Shown here: positions 40,151-49,422 of the stretch, in pieces | Layout: every line of letters begins with the position of its first letter | Numbering within the stretch: position 1 is the first letter of the stretch | Assembly: GCA_018816345.1 (NCBI GenBank) | Contig: JAHIWG010000139.1 | Coordinates: 15,769-79,768 of the forward strand | Length of the DNA: 64,000 nucleotides | Source of the DNA: Spirochaetota bacterium | GTDB lineage: Bacteria > Spirochaetota > Spirochaetia > Treponematales > UBA12059 | Reading direction: 5' to 3' | Notes under the pieces: model-generated | What the model saw: only the letters and a program-made list of their open reading frames with translations | Databases searched by the model: none | Told to the model about the DNA's origin: nothing | Made by a program: the position numbers and the translations under genes

Positions 40151-41141
40151 GGTTATTCCTATATCCGAGATGCTCGTACGCCAGGGGCGTAGCGACGCGG
40201 CCCCTGGGGGTACGCATCAGGAAGCCAGATTGTATGAGGAACGGCTCCAGGTAATCCTCCAGCGTCTCGACGCTTTCGCTGGTGGAGACCGCCAGGGTCT
40301 CCGCTCCTACCGGGCCCCCTCCGAATTTCTCGATGATGGCCGCGAGCACGTCCCTGTCGTGGCGCTCTAGCCCGTACGCGTCGACCTCGAGGCGCGACAG
40401 GCCGTCGTCGACGACGCCCGCGCTGATGGTCGACGCTCCGGCGACCTGGGCGAAGTCGCGCATGCGCCTCAGGAGCCTGTTGGCGACGCGAGGCGTGCCC
40501 CTGCTCGCGAGCGCCAGCCGTTCGGCGGCGTCGTCGTCCACCGAGGTCCCGAGTATACCGGCCGATCGCCTGAGGATGGCCATCGTATCGGCCTTCTCGT
40601 AGAAGCCGAGCCGCACGTTGATGCCGAAGCGGCTGACGAGGGGGCTGCCGACCATCCCCGCCCTGGTCGTGGCGCCTACGAGCGTAAAGGGAGGGAGCGG
40701 GATCCGAAGGGTCCGCGCGGCGGGCCCCTGGCCTATTATGAAATCGAGCTCCCCGTCCTCCATGGCCATGTATAGCATTTCCTCGATGGCGGGCTTAAGC
40801 CTGTGGATCTCGTCGATGAAGAAGATTGACTTAGGCGCGAGCGTCGTCAGGATGCCGGCCAGGTCCTTAGGCTTCTCGAGAGCCGGGGCGCTCGTCACCT
40901 TGAAGTCGACGCCTAGCTCCCGCGACAGGATGCCCGCCAGGGTCGTCTTCCCGAGCCCGGGAGGCCCCATCAGGAAGACGTGGTCGAGCGCGTCGCCCCG
41001 CTTCAGGGCGGCCTCTATGAACACGGCCAGATTGGCCTTGATCGAGGCTTGGCCGAGGAATTCCGACAGCCGCTTTGGCCTGAGGGCGTTCTCGCGCTCG
41101 TCCTCGGTCGGGTCGAAGGTTCCCTGCACGATGCCGTTCAC
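40125..41141 (-). CDS. ruvB: Holliday junction branch migration ATPase RuvB
   Basis: LRPKRLSEFLGQ...GPPGLGKTTLA...FIDEIHRL...TLVGATTRAG. Confidence 0.97.
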   Translation of the reverse strand: MNGIVQGTFDPTEDERENALRPKRLSEFLGQASIKANLAVFIEAALKRGDALDHVFLMGPPGLGKTTLAGILSRELGVDFKVTSAPALEKPKDLAGILTTLAPKSIFFIDEIHRLKPAIEEMLYMAMEDGELDFIIGQGPAARTLRIPLPPFTLVGATTRAGMVGSPLVSRFGINVRLGFYEKADTMAILRRSAGILGTSVDDDAAERLALASRGTPRVANRLLRRMRDFAQVAGASTISAGVVDDGLSRLEVDAYGLERHDRDVLAAIIEKFGGGPVGAETLAVSTSESVETLEDYLEPFLIQSGFLMRTPRGRVATPLAYEHLGYRNNHADDGFQF

Positions 41142-41731
41142 GAGGCGCTCAATTCCACTATGGCGCTGCGGAGCAGCTCCCGCTCGCGTTCGGGAGTGGA
41201 CGCGGGCATGTCCGCGTCTAGCCGCGCGAGGGTCTCGGAAACGCGGCGCCTATCGTATCCCATGTCGACGAGCGCGCGCATTATATCCTCGTGCGGGCCC
41301 GTCGCCGCCAGGCCCCTCGAGGCCAGCCTCGAGGGCAGCTTGCCCTTGAGCGTGAAGACGAGCTTCTGCGCCGTCTTCTTTCCTAGCCCGGGGATCGATT
41401 CGAGCCTGGCCAGGTCCTCCGCCTCCAGCGCGCTTTCCAGCTCGTCCGCGCCTATCCCGCCGAGGATCTTGAGCGCCTGCTTGGGACCGATGCCGTCGAC
41501 GCCCATGAGCTCGACGAACACCGAACGCTCCGATTCGCTCGCGAAACCGAAGAGGCGCATCTGGTCGTCCCGGTGCAGGAGCCAGCACAGTACGCGCGCC
41601 TCGTCGCCGAGGCGCCCGAAGGAGTCGACGGAACGCGCGGGCACGGCGAATTCCCACTCGACCCCGTAGGTGTCTATCCTGATACTATCCGCGCCCTTGT
41701 AGCAGAGCGTCCCTCGTACGGCGTTGAACAT
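41138..41731 (-). CDS. ruvA: Holliday junction DNA helicase RuvA
   Basis: OB-fold N-terminus, tandem HhH motifs (...GIGPKQALKIL..., ...IPGLGKKTAQKL...) and a C-terminal domain III. Confidence 0.93.
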   Translation of the reverse strand: MFNAVRGTLCYKGADSIRIDTYGVEWEFAVPARSVDSFGRLGDEARVLCWLLHRDDQMRLFGFASESERSVFVELMGVDGIGPKQALKILGGIGADELESALEAEDLARLESIPGLGKKTAQKLVFTLKGKLPSRLASRGLAATGPHEDIMRALVDMGYDRRRVSETLARLDADMPASTPERERELLRSAIVELSAS

Positions 41732-41739
41732 GACGGGGA

Positions 41740-42273
41740 TTATAGACGGCTAGAGCGGGACGTATCAACTAAGGCGGAACGCACGGCTCTGCCCTGGCTA
41801 TGGCAGAGCGCCACGGCCAGGGCGTCCGCCGCGTGATCGGGCTTCGGGACGGCCGTAAGCCCCAGAACCAGCCGCACGAAGGCCTGGACGTCTTCCTTGC
41901 CGGACCTTCCGGAGCCGGTGGCGGCTTTCTTCACGTCCATGGGACCGTACTCGCTCATGGCGAGCCCGGCGTCCCTGCACGCGAGGCGTATGACGCCCCT
42001 GGCCTCGGCGACCCCGAGCGCGCTCGAGACGTTGCGCGAGAAGAACAGCGATTCCATCGCGGCCTCGGCGGGCGCGTATTCCGCTATGACGGCGGCCAAG
42101 GAGCTCCGTATATGCGCTAGGCGCTCGGCCACGTCGTCCCCGGCCTTCGTCGTGAAGCACCCGTGGCCCCTATAAACGATTCGGGCGCCGTCTATGTCGA
42201 CGACGCCCCACCCCACGGCGGCGAGCCCTGGGTCTATGCCGAGGACGCGGATCCTATCGGGTCCGCGTTCCAT
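41740..42273 (-). CDS. ruvC: Crossover junction endodeoxyribonuclease RuvC
   Basis: RVLGIDPGLAAVGWGVV... and ...PDHAADALAVALCH (RNase H-fold catalytic acidic residues). Confidence 0.93.
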   Translation of the reverse strand: MERGPDRIRVLGIDPGLAAVGWGVVDIDGARIVYRGHGCFTTKAGDDVAERLAHIRSSLAAVIAEYAPAEAAMESLFFSRNVSSALGVAEARGVIRLACRDAGLAMSEYGPMDVKKAATGSGRSGKEDVQAFVRLVLGLTAVPKPDHAADALAVALCHSQGRAVRSALVDTSRSSRL

Positions 42274-42276
42274 CGC

Positions 42277-43014
42277 CTATTCCTCGTCTTCTTCCGGGAG
42301 CTCCGCGTTGTGGTAGACGTTCTGAACGTCGTCGCTCTCCTCGAGCTTGTCGATGAGCTTGCGTATCTTCGAGCCGGAATCCTTGTCGGCGGAGACGTAG
42401 GACTCGGGGATCATCGATATCTCGGCGCCGTCGGTCTCCATGCCGCCCGCGGTAATGGCGTTAAGAACGCTCTCGAAGGCCTCGGGAGTGGTGTAGACGA
42501 CTATTTCGCCGTCCTCGTTGACGATGTCGTCGGCCCCGCCCTCCAGGGCGAGTTCCATCACCTTGTCCTCGGCGTACTTCTCGCCGTCGAGGGAGATGAC
42601 GCCCTTTCGAGCGAAGAGGCGCAGCACGGCGTTGGACGTAGCCAGCGAGCCGCCCGAACGCGTCAGGAGGTTGCGCACCTCGGCCGCCGCGCGATTCTTG
42701 TTATCGGTAAGCACCTCGATAAGGATGGCGACCCCGCCGGGGGCGTAGGCCTCGTAGACGAGCTCTTCGTATACCGCGTCGCCGAGCTCTCCGGTGCCCT
42801 TCTTGATGGCCCTATCGATGTTGTCCTTGGGCATGTTCGCGCCGCGGGCCTTGAGGATGGCGGTGCGGAGGCGAGCGTTGGAATCGGGATCGCCGCCGCC
42901 CATTCGCGCGGCTATCGAGATCTCCTTGATCAGCTTGGTGAACATCTGGCCGCGCTTAGCGTCGGCCGCGCCTTTCTTGTGCTTGATCGTCGCCCATTTA
43001 CTATGTCCTGACAT
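42277..43014 (-). CDS. yebC: YebC/PmpR-family DNA-binding transcriptional regulator
   Basis: MSGHSKWATIKHKKGAADAKRGQMFTKLIKEI... is the family-defining N-terminus. AAGGAG SD. Confidence 0.93.
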   Translation of the reverse strand: MSGHSKWATIKHKKGAADAKRGQMFTKLIKEISIAARMGGGDPDSNARLRTAILKARGANMPKDNIDRAIKKGTGELGDAVYEELVYEAYAPGGVAILIEVLTDNKNRAAAEVRNLLTRSGGSLATSNAVLRLFARKGVISLDGEKYAEDKVMELALEGGADDIVNEDGEIVVYTTPEAFESVLNAITAGGMETDGAEISMIPESYVSADKDSGSKIRKLIDKLEESDDVQNVYHNAELPEEDEE

Positions 43015-43339
43015 TGTGACTCCTTGCCGTGTGGGATACGCGGGTTCGAACGGATCGTCGCTGCGCGATTCCCGTAGATCGACATCGCGGCTTCCGCTCT
43101 ATCGGAAAGACTTCGCGAAGGCGCGTCCTACGCGGTCGAGATGCCTTAGAAGCGGGAGCGTCCGTTCATTATTTTCGCGATGGATAGTATCATGCGGCGC
43201 GATTTACTGTCAACGATTGGGGGATATGGCAAGGTTATCGCTTAAAACGTATAAAACGGTAATGGAAAGGCGATGCGGGGCTAGGCCAAAGCCCCCGCCC
43301 AGGAGGACGGGGGCCGAATCGCCTAAAGGTAAGCGGCGG

Positions 43340-43579
43340 CTAGGATTTTGCCGTTACTATCCTATTCTTCTTGATGCCATCTTGGATCAACTCGATGCGA
43401 AGCTTGTCGTACCACGCGAAATCGAACGGCTTCTTGCCGCGCACGGTATACTTCACGGCGGATTCAAGGTCGTCGCGGCACGCTTCGCACAGGTCGAACT
43501 CTCGTACGTGGAAAAAAGTCCTCGAAGGGATCGGGTCTACTACTTCTTTTTTGCAGACATCGCAGAACAAGTGCTTCAT
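43340..43579 (-). CDS. Small zinc-ribbon-like protein (79 aa)
   Basis: MKHLFCDVCKK...DLCEAC has two CxxC pairs. A strong GAGGAGAG SD lies 4 nt upstream. The track ORF was trimmed from 153 aa to this ATG. Confidence 0.5.
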   Translation of the reverse strand: MKHLFCDVCKKEVVDPIPSRTFFHVREFDLCEACRDDLESAVKYTVRGKKPFDFAWYDKLRIELIQDGIKKNRIVTAKS

Positions 43580-43700
43580 ACTGCTCTCCTCGATTGCGGT
43601 CGATGCCGACGATTCTATAGTATACAGACCGTATTGTCGAGTGGAATAGCGTATCGGCCGACGCGACGACCGGCCTAACGACTGACGCGACGAGGAAACG

Positions 43701-44834
43701 ATGAACCGAACAGGCTTTGACATTCTATCCTCCGGCACGGAAAGGCGAGGCGTCCTCATCATAGCCGAGCTCGGCACGGGGCACCTCGGGGACGCCGGCA
43801 AGGCTGCGGAACTGATAGCCGCGGCGATAGGCTCGGGCGCGGATTGCGTGAAATTCCAGCACGTCTACGCCGACGAGATAATCCATCCCGCCACGGGGCT
43901 CGTGCCGCTGCCCGGAGGCCCGACGCCCCTTTATGAAACGTTCAGGTCCCTCGAGACCGGCCCCGATTTCCTATCGCGGTGCAAGGAAATCGTAGAGTCG
44001 GCCGGGGCGGCCTTCCTATGCTCGCCGTTCGGGATACGGAGCGCCCGGGAACTACGCGATATGGGCGCGAGCGCCATGAAGATAGCGAGCCCCGAGCTGA
44101 ATTATATCCAGCTACTCGAAGAGGTGGCATCCTATGGGCTGCCGACCATACTATCGGGCGGAGTCTCTAGGCTCGCGGACATCGAGCGCGCGCTCGAGGC
44201 CTTCTCCGGGACGGGGAGCCCGACCGCCCTCCTCCACTGCGTGACGTCGTACCCGGCTCCTGAGTCCGAGTATAACCTGCGGCTCCTACCGTCCCTGGCC
44301 GCCCTCTTCGGCGTTCCGATCGGCGTCTCGGATCATTCCGTCGATCCGGAGCTCGTGCCCGCCGTCGCGGTCGCCCAGGGAGCGCGCGTCGTCGAGAAGC
44401 ATTTCTGCCTCTCCAAGGGCGACTCCGGCCTCGACGACCCGATAGCCCTTAACCCTGAGGATTTCGCCCGTATGGCGCGCGCGGTACGCCGAGCGTCCGA
44501 GCTCGTATCCGAAGGGGGCGCCGACGGGGCGTTACGCTCGCTCAAGGAGGATTTCGGGGAAGGCAGGGTCGAGGCGGCTCTCGGCGACGGGCGGAAACGC
44601 CTCGCGCCGAGCGAGGCGGCGAACTACTCGAGGACCAATAGATCGATACACGCGAGGCGGCCGATCGCTCGCGGGGAGCGGCTCGACGAGCGTAATCTTT
44701 GCGTCGTGAGGACCGAGAAGGTCTTACGGCCCGGCCTCGAGCCCGTTTACCTCCCGGTCGTCGACGGCCGGCTAGCGGCGCGCGACATACCCGACGGCGA
44801 GGGCGTAGTGTGGGCGGACGTGGGCGGACGTTAG
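43701..44834 (+). CDS. N-acetylneuraminate (nonulosonic acid) synthase-family protein, NeuB/SpsE-like
   Basis: IIAELGTGHLGDAGKAAELIAAAIGSGADCVKFQ, ...GVSDHS..., and a C-terminal SAF-type domain. Confidence 0.75.
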   Translation: MNRTGFDILSSGTERRGVLIIAELGTGHLGDAGKAAELIAAAIGSGADCVKFQHVYADEIIHPATGLVPLPGGPTPLYETFRSLETGPDFLSRCKEIVESAGAAFLCSPFGIRSARELRDMGASAMKIASPELNYIQLLEEVASYGLPTILSGGVSRLADIERALEAFSGTGSPTALLHCVTSYPAPESEYNLRLLPSLAALFGVPIGVSDHSVDPELVPAVAVAQGARVVEKHFCLSKGDSGLDDPIALNPEDFARMARAVRRASELVSEGGADGALRSLKEDFGEGRVEAALGDGRKRLAPSEAANYSRTNRSIHARRPIARGERLDERNLCVVRTEKVLRPGLEPVYLPVVDGRLAARDIPDGEGVVWADVGGR

Positions 44835-47173
44835 CCGAACACTACTATAGTCTTGCCGTGGCCGCCCTCTTCCGGGCGCGCGTAGTGGAATTCCTTGATT
44901 CCCGGGTACCTGGCGAGCGTCTCCTTGACGCCCTGCTGCAGGACGCCCTCCCCGGTGCCGTGGATGATGGAGAAGCCGCTGAGGTTCTCCATGGTCGCCG
45001 CGTCCAGCTGCCGCTCGAGCGCCGCGATCGCCTCCACGAGCCTATAGCCGCGCAGGTCCAGCTCGATGACGGCGCGATTGCCGCGGCTCGAGCTCGACTC
45101 TATCGATACGCTGGGCGCCTTGGGCTCTAAGGCCGCCGTGAGCTCAAGATCGGCCTCGTCCACCGTTATCCTAAGCGCGTCGGTCTCCACGAGCCATTTC
45201 CCGCCGCGTACGGCTCGGAGCGCCGTCCCTCGCCTCCTGGCGGGCAGGACGAGGACGGGCGAGCCTTCGGCGATACGCGCCGGGGGCCTGGCTCCGGCCT
45301 TCAGGCCGCGTTCCTGCGAACGGGCCTCGCGGGTCTTCGCCTCTACCTGCGCCTCTAGGCCGGAGAGGAATTCCTTGACCTCCTGGGTCTTGGCCTTGGT
45401 CAGCTCGCCCTCGCGCAGCTCTCGGACCAGGTTCTCGAGGGTCTTCCTGCTCTCCGAGAGCAGGTTATTCAGCTCGGAGACCCCCTGGGTCCGTAGCTCG
45501 GATTCTTTCTGCCTGAGCTTCAGCTCCTTCAGGTCCGCCTTGCGCTGCTCCTCCATCGCGTCCCTGAGCCGTCGCTTCTCCTCGTCGCGCAGCGAGTCCA
45601 GCTCCCTATGCTTGTCCGACAGGCCGCTGATGAGGGCCGAGATGTCGGTTCGCTCCTCGCGGAGGTAGAGGCGCGCTCCCTCGACGACCTCCATGGCCAC
45701 GCCGTTCTTCTGCGCGATATCGAGGGCGCGGCTCTCGCCCGGGACGCCCATCATGATGCGGTACGTGGGCGACAGCGTATCCTTGTCGAAGTCGACCGAG
45801 GCGTTGAGCACGCCCTCCTTCGTATAGCCGAAATTCTTCAGGATGCCGTGGTGCGTCGTGACGAGGGTCAGGGCGCCCCTATCTATGAAGAGGTCGAGGA
45901 GCGCCATGGCGATGGCGCAGCCTTCCTCGGGGTCGGTGCCGGAGCCGAGCTCGTCGAGCAGGACGAGGCTGCGCCCCGTAGCGCCGGCCACGATGGCGGA
46001 TATGGCCTTCATGTGTCCGGAGAAGGTCGACAGGGACTGGTCCATCGACTGCTCGTCGCCTATGTCGGCCCACACGCCGTCGAAGACCGGCAAGGCCGAG
46101 CCGTACGCCGCCGGAATGGCCAGGCCGAACTGGTTCATAAGGGAGAAGAGCCCGGCCGTCTTCAAGGAGACGGTCTTGCCGCCGGTATTGGGGCCGGTAA
46201 CGATGAGGGTCCGGGCGCCCTCGGGCATGCGCAGGTCGATGGGGACGGCCTTGGAGCCGAGGACCGGATGCCTGGCGCGCACGAGCTCTATTCCCGAGGG
46301 GCTATCCTCCGCGAACACTCCGTCGTTCATGTGCGAGTACCGGGCCTTGGCGAACAGCCCGTCGAGCGAGGCGCACGAGACCCTCGCGCCCTGGATAGCG
46401 CCGGAGAAGCCGTGCAGGCGGGCCGTCGTCTCGCGCAGGACGCGCTGCAGCTCGCGGAGGTAGCGGGCCTCCTCCTCGACGAGCTCGTTGTTCTTCTGCA
46501 CGAGCGACTCTGGCTCGATGTAGACGGTCTGGCCCGTGGAGGAGACCTCGTGGACTATTCCCTTCACCCTCGCCTTCGAGCCCGCCTTCACGGCCAGCAC
46601 CGTTCGCCCGTCGCGCTGGGTAGGCAGGTCGCTCTGCAGCATAGACCTGGTGGCCTCGTCCTGGAAGAACGACGCGGTGACGCGCTCGATGTCGCCGTTC
46701 AGCCTGCGGATGCGGGACCGTATGTCCCTGAGCTCCGGCAGGTCCTTGACCTCGCCGTCCGGCCCCACGATCCTGAACGCGGCCGCGGCCACCGGCGACA
46801 GGTCGGGCGCGGAGCCCGCCTCGGCGGCTAGCGCCTCGTGACGCGCGCCGCCCATCCAGCGGGCGAGCCCCGTGTACGCGTCGGCCCACATGCCGAGGGC
46901 CCACAGCTCCTCGACGGCCAGGCAGGTCCCCGGCTTGGAGACGACGCGGGCGGCCCCGTCGATAGGCGCGAAGGATCCCGGGGGCATGCCGTGCCGATCG
47001 CGGAACAGCTCGCGGACGGCCGAGGCGCGGGCCTTAGAGTCGGCGACGGCCGCGGGGTCGCCCGAGGGCAGGCTCCCGCGGATAGCGGCGGCGCCCTCCT
47101 CGCTCAGGCAGTAGGCGGCGACGTCGTCGCGGATCCTATAGAAATCGAGTAGCGATAGCGCGTGTTCATGCAT
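44831..47173 (-). CDS. mutS2: Endonuclease MutS2 (MutS domain V ATPase plus Smr)
   Basis: GPNTGGKTVSLKT, DELGSGTDPEEG, and a C-terminal Smr domain (...IHGTGEGVLQQGV...). The start was trimmed to the ATG at 47173 (MHEHALSLLDF...). Confidence 0.93.
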   Translation of the reverse strand: MHEHALSLLDFYRIRDDVAAYCLSEEGAAAIRGSLPSGDPAAVADSKARASAVRELFRDRHGMPPGSFAPIDGAARVVSKPGTCLAVEELWALGMWADAYTGLARWMGGARHEALAAEAGSAPDLSPVAAAAFRIVGPDGEVKDLPELRDIRSRIRRLNGDIERVTASFFQDEATRSMLQSDLPTQRDGRTVLAVKAGSKARVKGIVHEVSSTGQTVYIEPESLVQKNNELVEEEARYLRELQRVLRETTARLHGFSGAIQGARVSCASLDGLFAKARYSHMNDGVFAEDSPSGIELVRARHPVLGSKAVPIDLRMPEGARTLIVTGPNTGGKTVSLKTAGLFSLMNQFGLAIPAAYGSALPVFDGVWADIGDEQSMDQSLSTFSGHMKAISAIVAGATGRSLVLLDELGSGTDPEEGCAIAMALLDLFIDRGALTLVTTHHGILKNFGYTKEGVLNASVDFDKDTLSPTYRIMMGVPGESRALDIAQKNGVAMEVVEGARLYLREERTDISALISGLSDKHRELDSLRDEEKRRLRDAMEEQRKADLKELKLRQKESELRTQGVSELNNLLSESRKTLENLVRELREGELTKAKTQEVKEFLSGLEAQVEAKTREARSQERGLKAGARPPARIAEGSPVLVLPARRRGTALRAVRGGKWLVETDALRITVDEADLELTAALEPKAPSVSIESSSSRGNRAVIELDLRGYRLVEAIAALERQLDAATMENLSGFSIIHGTGEGVLQQGVKETLARYPGIKEFHYARPEEGGHGKTIVVFG

Positions 47174-48140
47174 CTTCGTATTCGTCCTCTTCGTAGCGGC
47201 GGGGCTTGCCGACCTTCTTGGCGTAGGCGCGCGTGTCCTCGAGCTCGGCCAGCACGCGCGCGTAGCTCTCGTAGCGGTCCTCATGGATGGCGCCGGACTC
47301 GACGGCGTCGACGACCGCGCACCCCGGCTCGTCCAGGTGCATACAACGCGCCCCGAGCGCGCATCGGGCCGATACCTTCTTGATCTCCGGGAAGCATGCC
47401 CCTAGGGTCGCGGGGTCGATGCCCCGCACGGCCAGGCGCCGGAAGCCGGGCGTGTCTATGACCCGGGTGGCCCCGTCGGACAGTACCGAGAGTATAGCGG
47501 CGACCGTCGTATGCCGGCCGCGCTCGAATTTCTCGCATACCTCGCCGACCTTGAGGCCAAGCCCGGCCTCGAGGGCGTTAAGGATGGAGCTCTTGCCGAC
47601 GCCGGACTGTCCGACGAAGGCGCTCGTCTTCCCGGCTATCCTCTCGCGGAGGGCCTCGACGCCGGTCCCCGAGTCGGCGCTCATCTCCATGGTCTCGAAG
47701 CCGACGCGGCGGTAATCCTCCATGCGCTCGGCCACGTCCTCGTCGACGCCCAGATCGGTCTTGTTAAGGGCTATGATGAACGGTACGCCGTCCGAGGACG
47801 GCTCGAGGGACACGCGGTCTATGAAGCGGGGCCTGAACGGCGGCAAGGCGGCGCTCGTCACGCAGACCAGGACGTCCATATTGGCGGCGATCGCCTGGAT
47901 CGCCTTTCCCTTCTCGTTGAAGCGCCAGAATAGGCTCTTGCGCGGAATCAGCGAGCCTATCATGCCGGTTCCGGCGGAGGCAGGCTCCCATTCCACTACG
48001 TCGCCCGCCGCCAGGGGATTATAGAAGCCTTCTGCGCCCTTGAGCTTCTTGCCCTTGAGCGCGCACCTGACGACGCTGCCGTCCTCGGCGAGCACGGAGA
48101 ACGAGTTGTTCGCGCCGGACAAAACGGTGCCCAGGCTCAT
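47166..48140 (-). CDS. rsgA: Ribosome small-subunit biogenesis GTPase RsgA
   Basis: Circularly permuted GTPase (...LNKTDL... comes before GQSGVGKSSILNAL) with a C-terminal zinc cluster C..C.H....C. Confidence 0.93.
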   Translation of the reverse strand: MSLGTVLSGANNSFSVLAEDGSVVRCALKGKKLKGAEGFYNPLAAGDVVEWEPASAGTGMIGSLIPRKSLFWRFNEKGKAIQAIAANMDVLVCVTSAALPPFRPRFIDRVSLEPSSDGVPFIIALNKTDLGVDEDVAERMEDYRRVGFETMEMSADSGTGVEALRERIAGKTSAFVGQSGVGKSSILNALEAGLGLKVGEVCEKFERGRHTTVAAILSVLSDGATRVIDTPGFRRLAVRGIDPATLGACFPEIKKVSARCALGARCMHLDEPGCAVVDAVESGAIHEDRYESYARVLAELEDTRAYAKKVGKPRRYEEDEYEDA

Positions 48141-48955
48141 TCGAGCGCCCCGGCGGGCTCGAGGCCGAAGATCTCGGCGAAGCCGCCGTACACGGGGCCG
48201 AATTCGCCCGGCCCCGTCAGGTACATGGCGTCCGCGGCGAGTGAAGCGGGACGGTACGGGCGCCCCTCGGCGGGAAGCTGGCCCAGGACGCTCCTGAGCC
48301 GGGACGCTATACCGTCCCTCGAGTCGACGATAGCGACTCCGGGCCCGGCTAGTTCCCGGAATTCCGGGGCTAGGTGAAGGAAATGAGTGCAGCCTAGCAC
48401 GATGGCGTCGACGCCCTGCCCGAGCATCGCCTCGACCGAGGGCCTGACGGCGGCGAGCCGCTCCTCCTGGCTAGAGCCTATGAAAGCGCGCTCGACGAAG
48501 TCCACGAGCGCGCCGTCGCCTATCCTGACGAGGGCGCAATCGGCGGCCCAGCGCCGCGCGAGGTCTGAGAGGTATTCGGCGGCGACAGCCGCGGGGGTAG
48601 CTACGACGCCGATCCGGCGGGCCTTGGAAACGGCGGCCGCGGGCTTGATGGCCGGGACCGTACCGACGACCGGGATACCGGGGTTCGCGGCTCGGATCTC
48701 GTCAATCGCGAGCTCCGTAGCCGTATTGCAGGCTACGACTATGGCCTTCGGGCTCGTCATCGATACGAGCGAGGCGATCGCGCCGACAGCGGCCTCCACG
48801 ACCTCGCCCCTCGATTTCGTCCCGTACGGGAAACCGCGCCGATCCGCCAGGTAGACGTATCGCTCCGCGGGCAGGAGGGCGCGCGCGGCGCCCAGGTAAG
48901 GAAGCCCGCCCACTCCTGAATCGAAGAAGGCGACGGGCCGGGTATCATGATGCAT
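48137..48955 (-). CDS. murI: Glutamate racemase
   Basis: FDSGVGGLPY, VVACNTA and LGCTHF (the two catalytic Cys motifs). The ATG at 48955 has an AGGAA SD. The track alternative is TTG at 48979. Confidence 0.92.
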   Translation of the reverse strand: MHHDTRPVAFFDSGVGGLPYLGAARALLPAERYVYLADRRGFPYGTKSRGEVVEAAVGAIASLVSMTSPKAIVVACNTATELAIDEIRAANPGIPVVGTVPAIKPAAAVSKARRIGVVATPAAVAAEYLSDLARRWAADCALVRIGDGALVDFVERAFIGSSQEERLAAVRPSVEAMLGQGVDAIVLGCTHFLHLAPEFRELAGPGVAIVDSRDGIASRLRSVLGQLPAEGRPYRPASLAADAMYLTGPGEFGPVYGGFAEIFGLEPAGALE

Positions 48956-48975
48956 GGTGGTTCCTATCGGGTGCC

Positions 48976-49257
48976 TCAATGGCCGAAGAGGCCGTCGAAG
49001 GCGCTCTTCGCGGCCTTTGACGAGTCCTGCCCTCCGCTACCCTTGACGGTAGCCGGATCGGCCTTGAAATATTCGCAGAAATTCATCCGCTCCTTGTCCT
49101 TGACGGTATCGGGAACCGTTTCCAGGCAATCGCGGTAAGCGCCGGGCTTATAGAAACGGCAATGGACGCAGGCGTGCAGCTCCCTGCCGCAACTCTCGCA
49201 GAGATCCCGGAATCCTATCCTCTCGACGGGTAGCGGCGTCCCGCAGTATGAGCACAT
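48976..49257 (-). CDS. Small cysteine-rich (multi-CxxC) protein, 93 aa
   Basis: MCSYCG...CESCG...CVHC...C...C, which suggests two zinc ribbons. It heads the murI-rsgA-mutS2 gene string. Confidence 0.6.
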   Translation of the reverse strand: MCSYCGTPLPVERIGFRDLCESCGRELHACVHCRFYKPGAYRDCLETVPDTVKDKERMNFCEYFKADPATVKGSGGQDSSKAAKSAFDGLFGH

Positions 49258-49263
49258 GGGGTC

Positions 49264-49292
49264 AGTGTACGCGCCGACCGGTAAATTTTCAA
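49264..49292 (-). promoter_or_regulatory. Sigma70-type promoter (leaderless candidate) for the Cys-rich ORF/murI string
   Basis: Minus strand reads TTGAAA (49287-49292), 17-nt spacer, TACACT (49264-49269), then 6 nt to the ATG at 49257. Confidence 0.45.
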
Positions 49293-49422
49293 GCTATAGT
49301 TCGGTTTTACGCTATCGCTACCATGGCGACAAGGGGGCCGCGGCTTGAGGCCTCTTCGATAATGGGCTATCCTTGGCCTAGGCGGGCGCGCATCGGCGCC
49401 CGCGCCCTTAAGGAGGCCGCCT

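Noticed and set aside
42794-43678. 294-aa plus-strand ORF spanning the yebC start, the intergenic region and the zinc-ribbon ORF
   Set aside because: It crosses a promoter-containing intergenic region and is antisense to two better-supported genes. It has no SD or recognisable domain.
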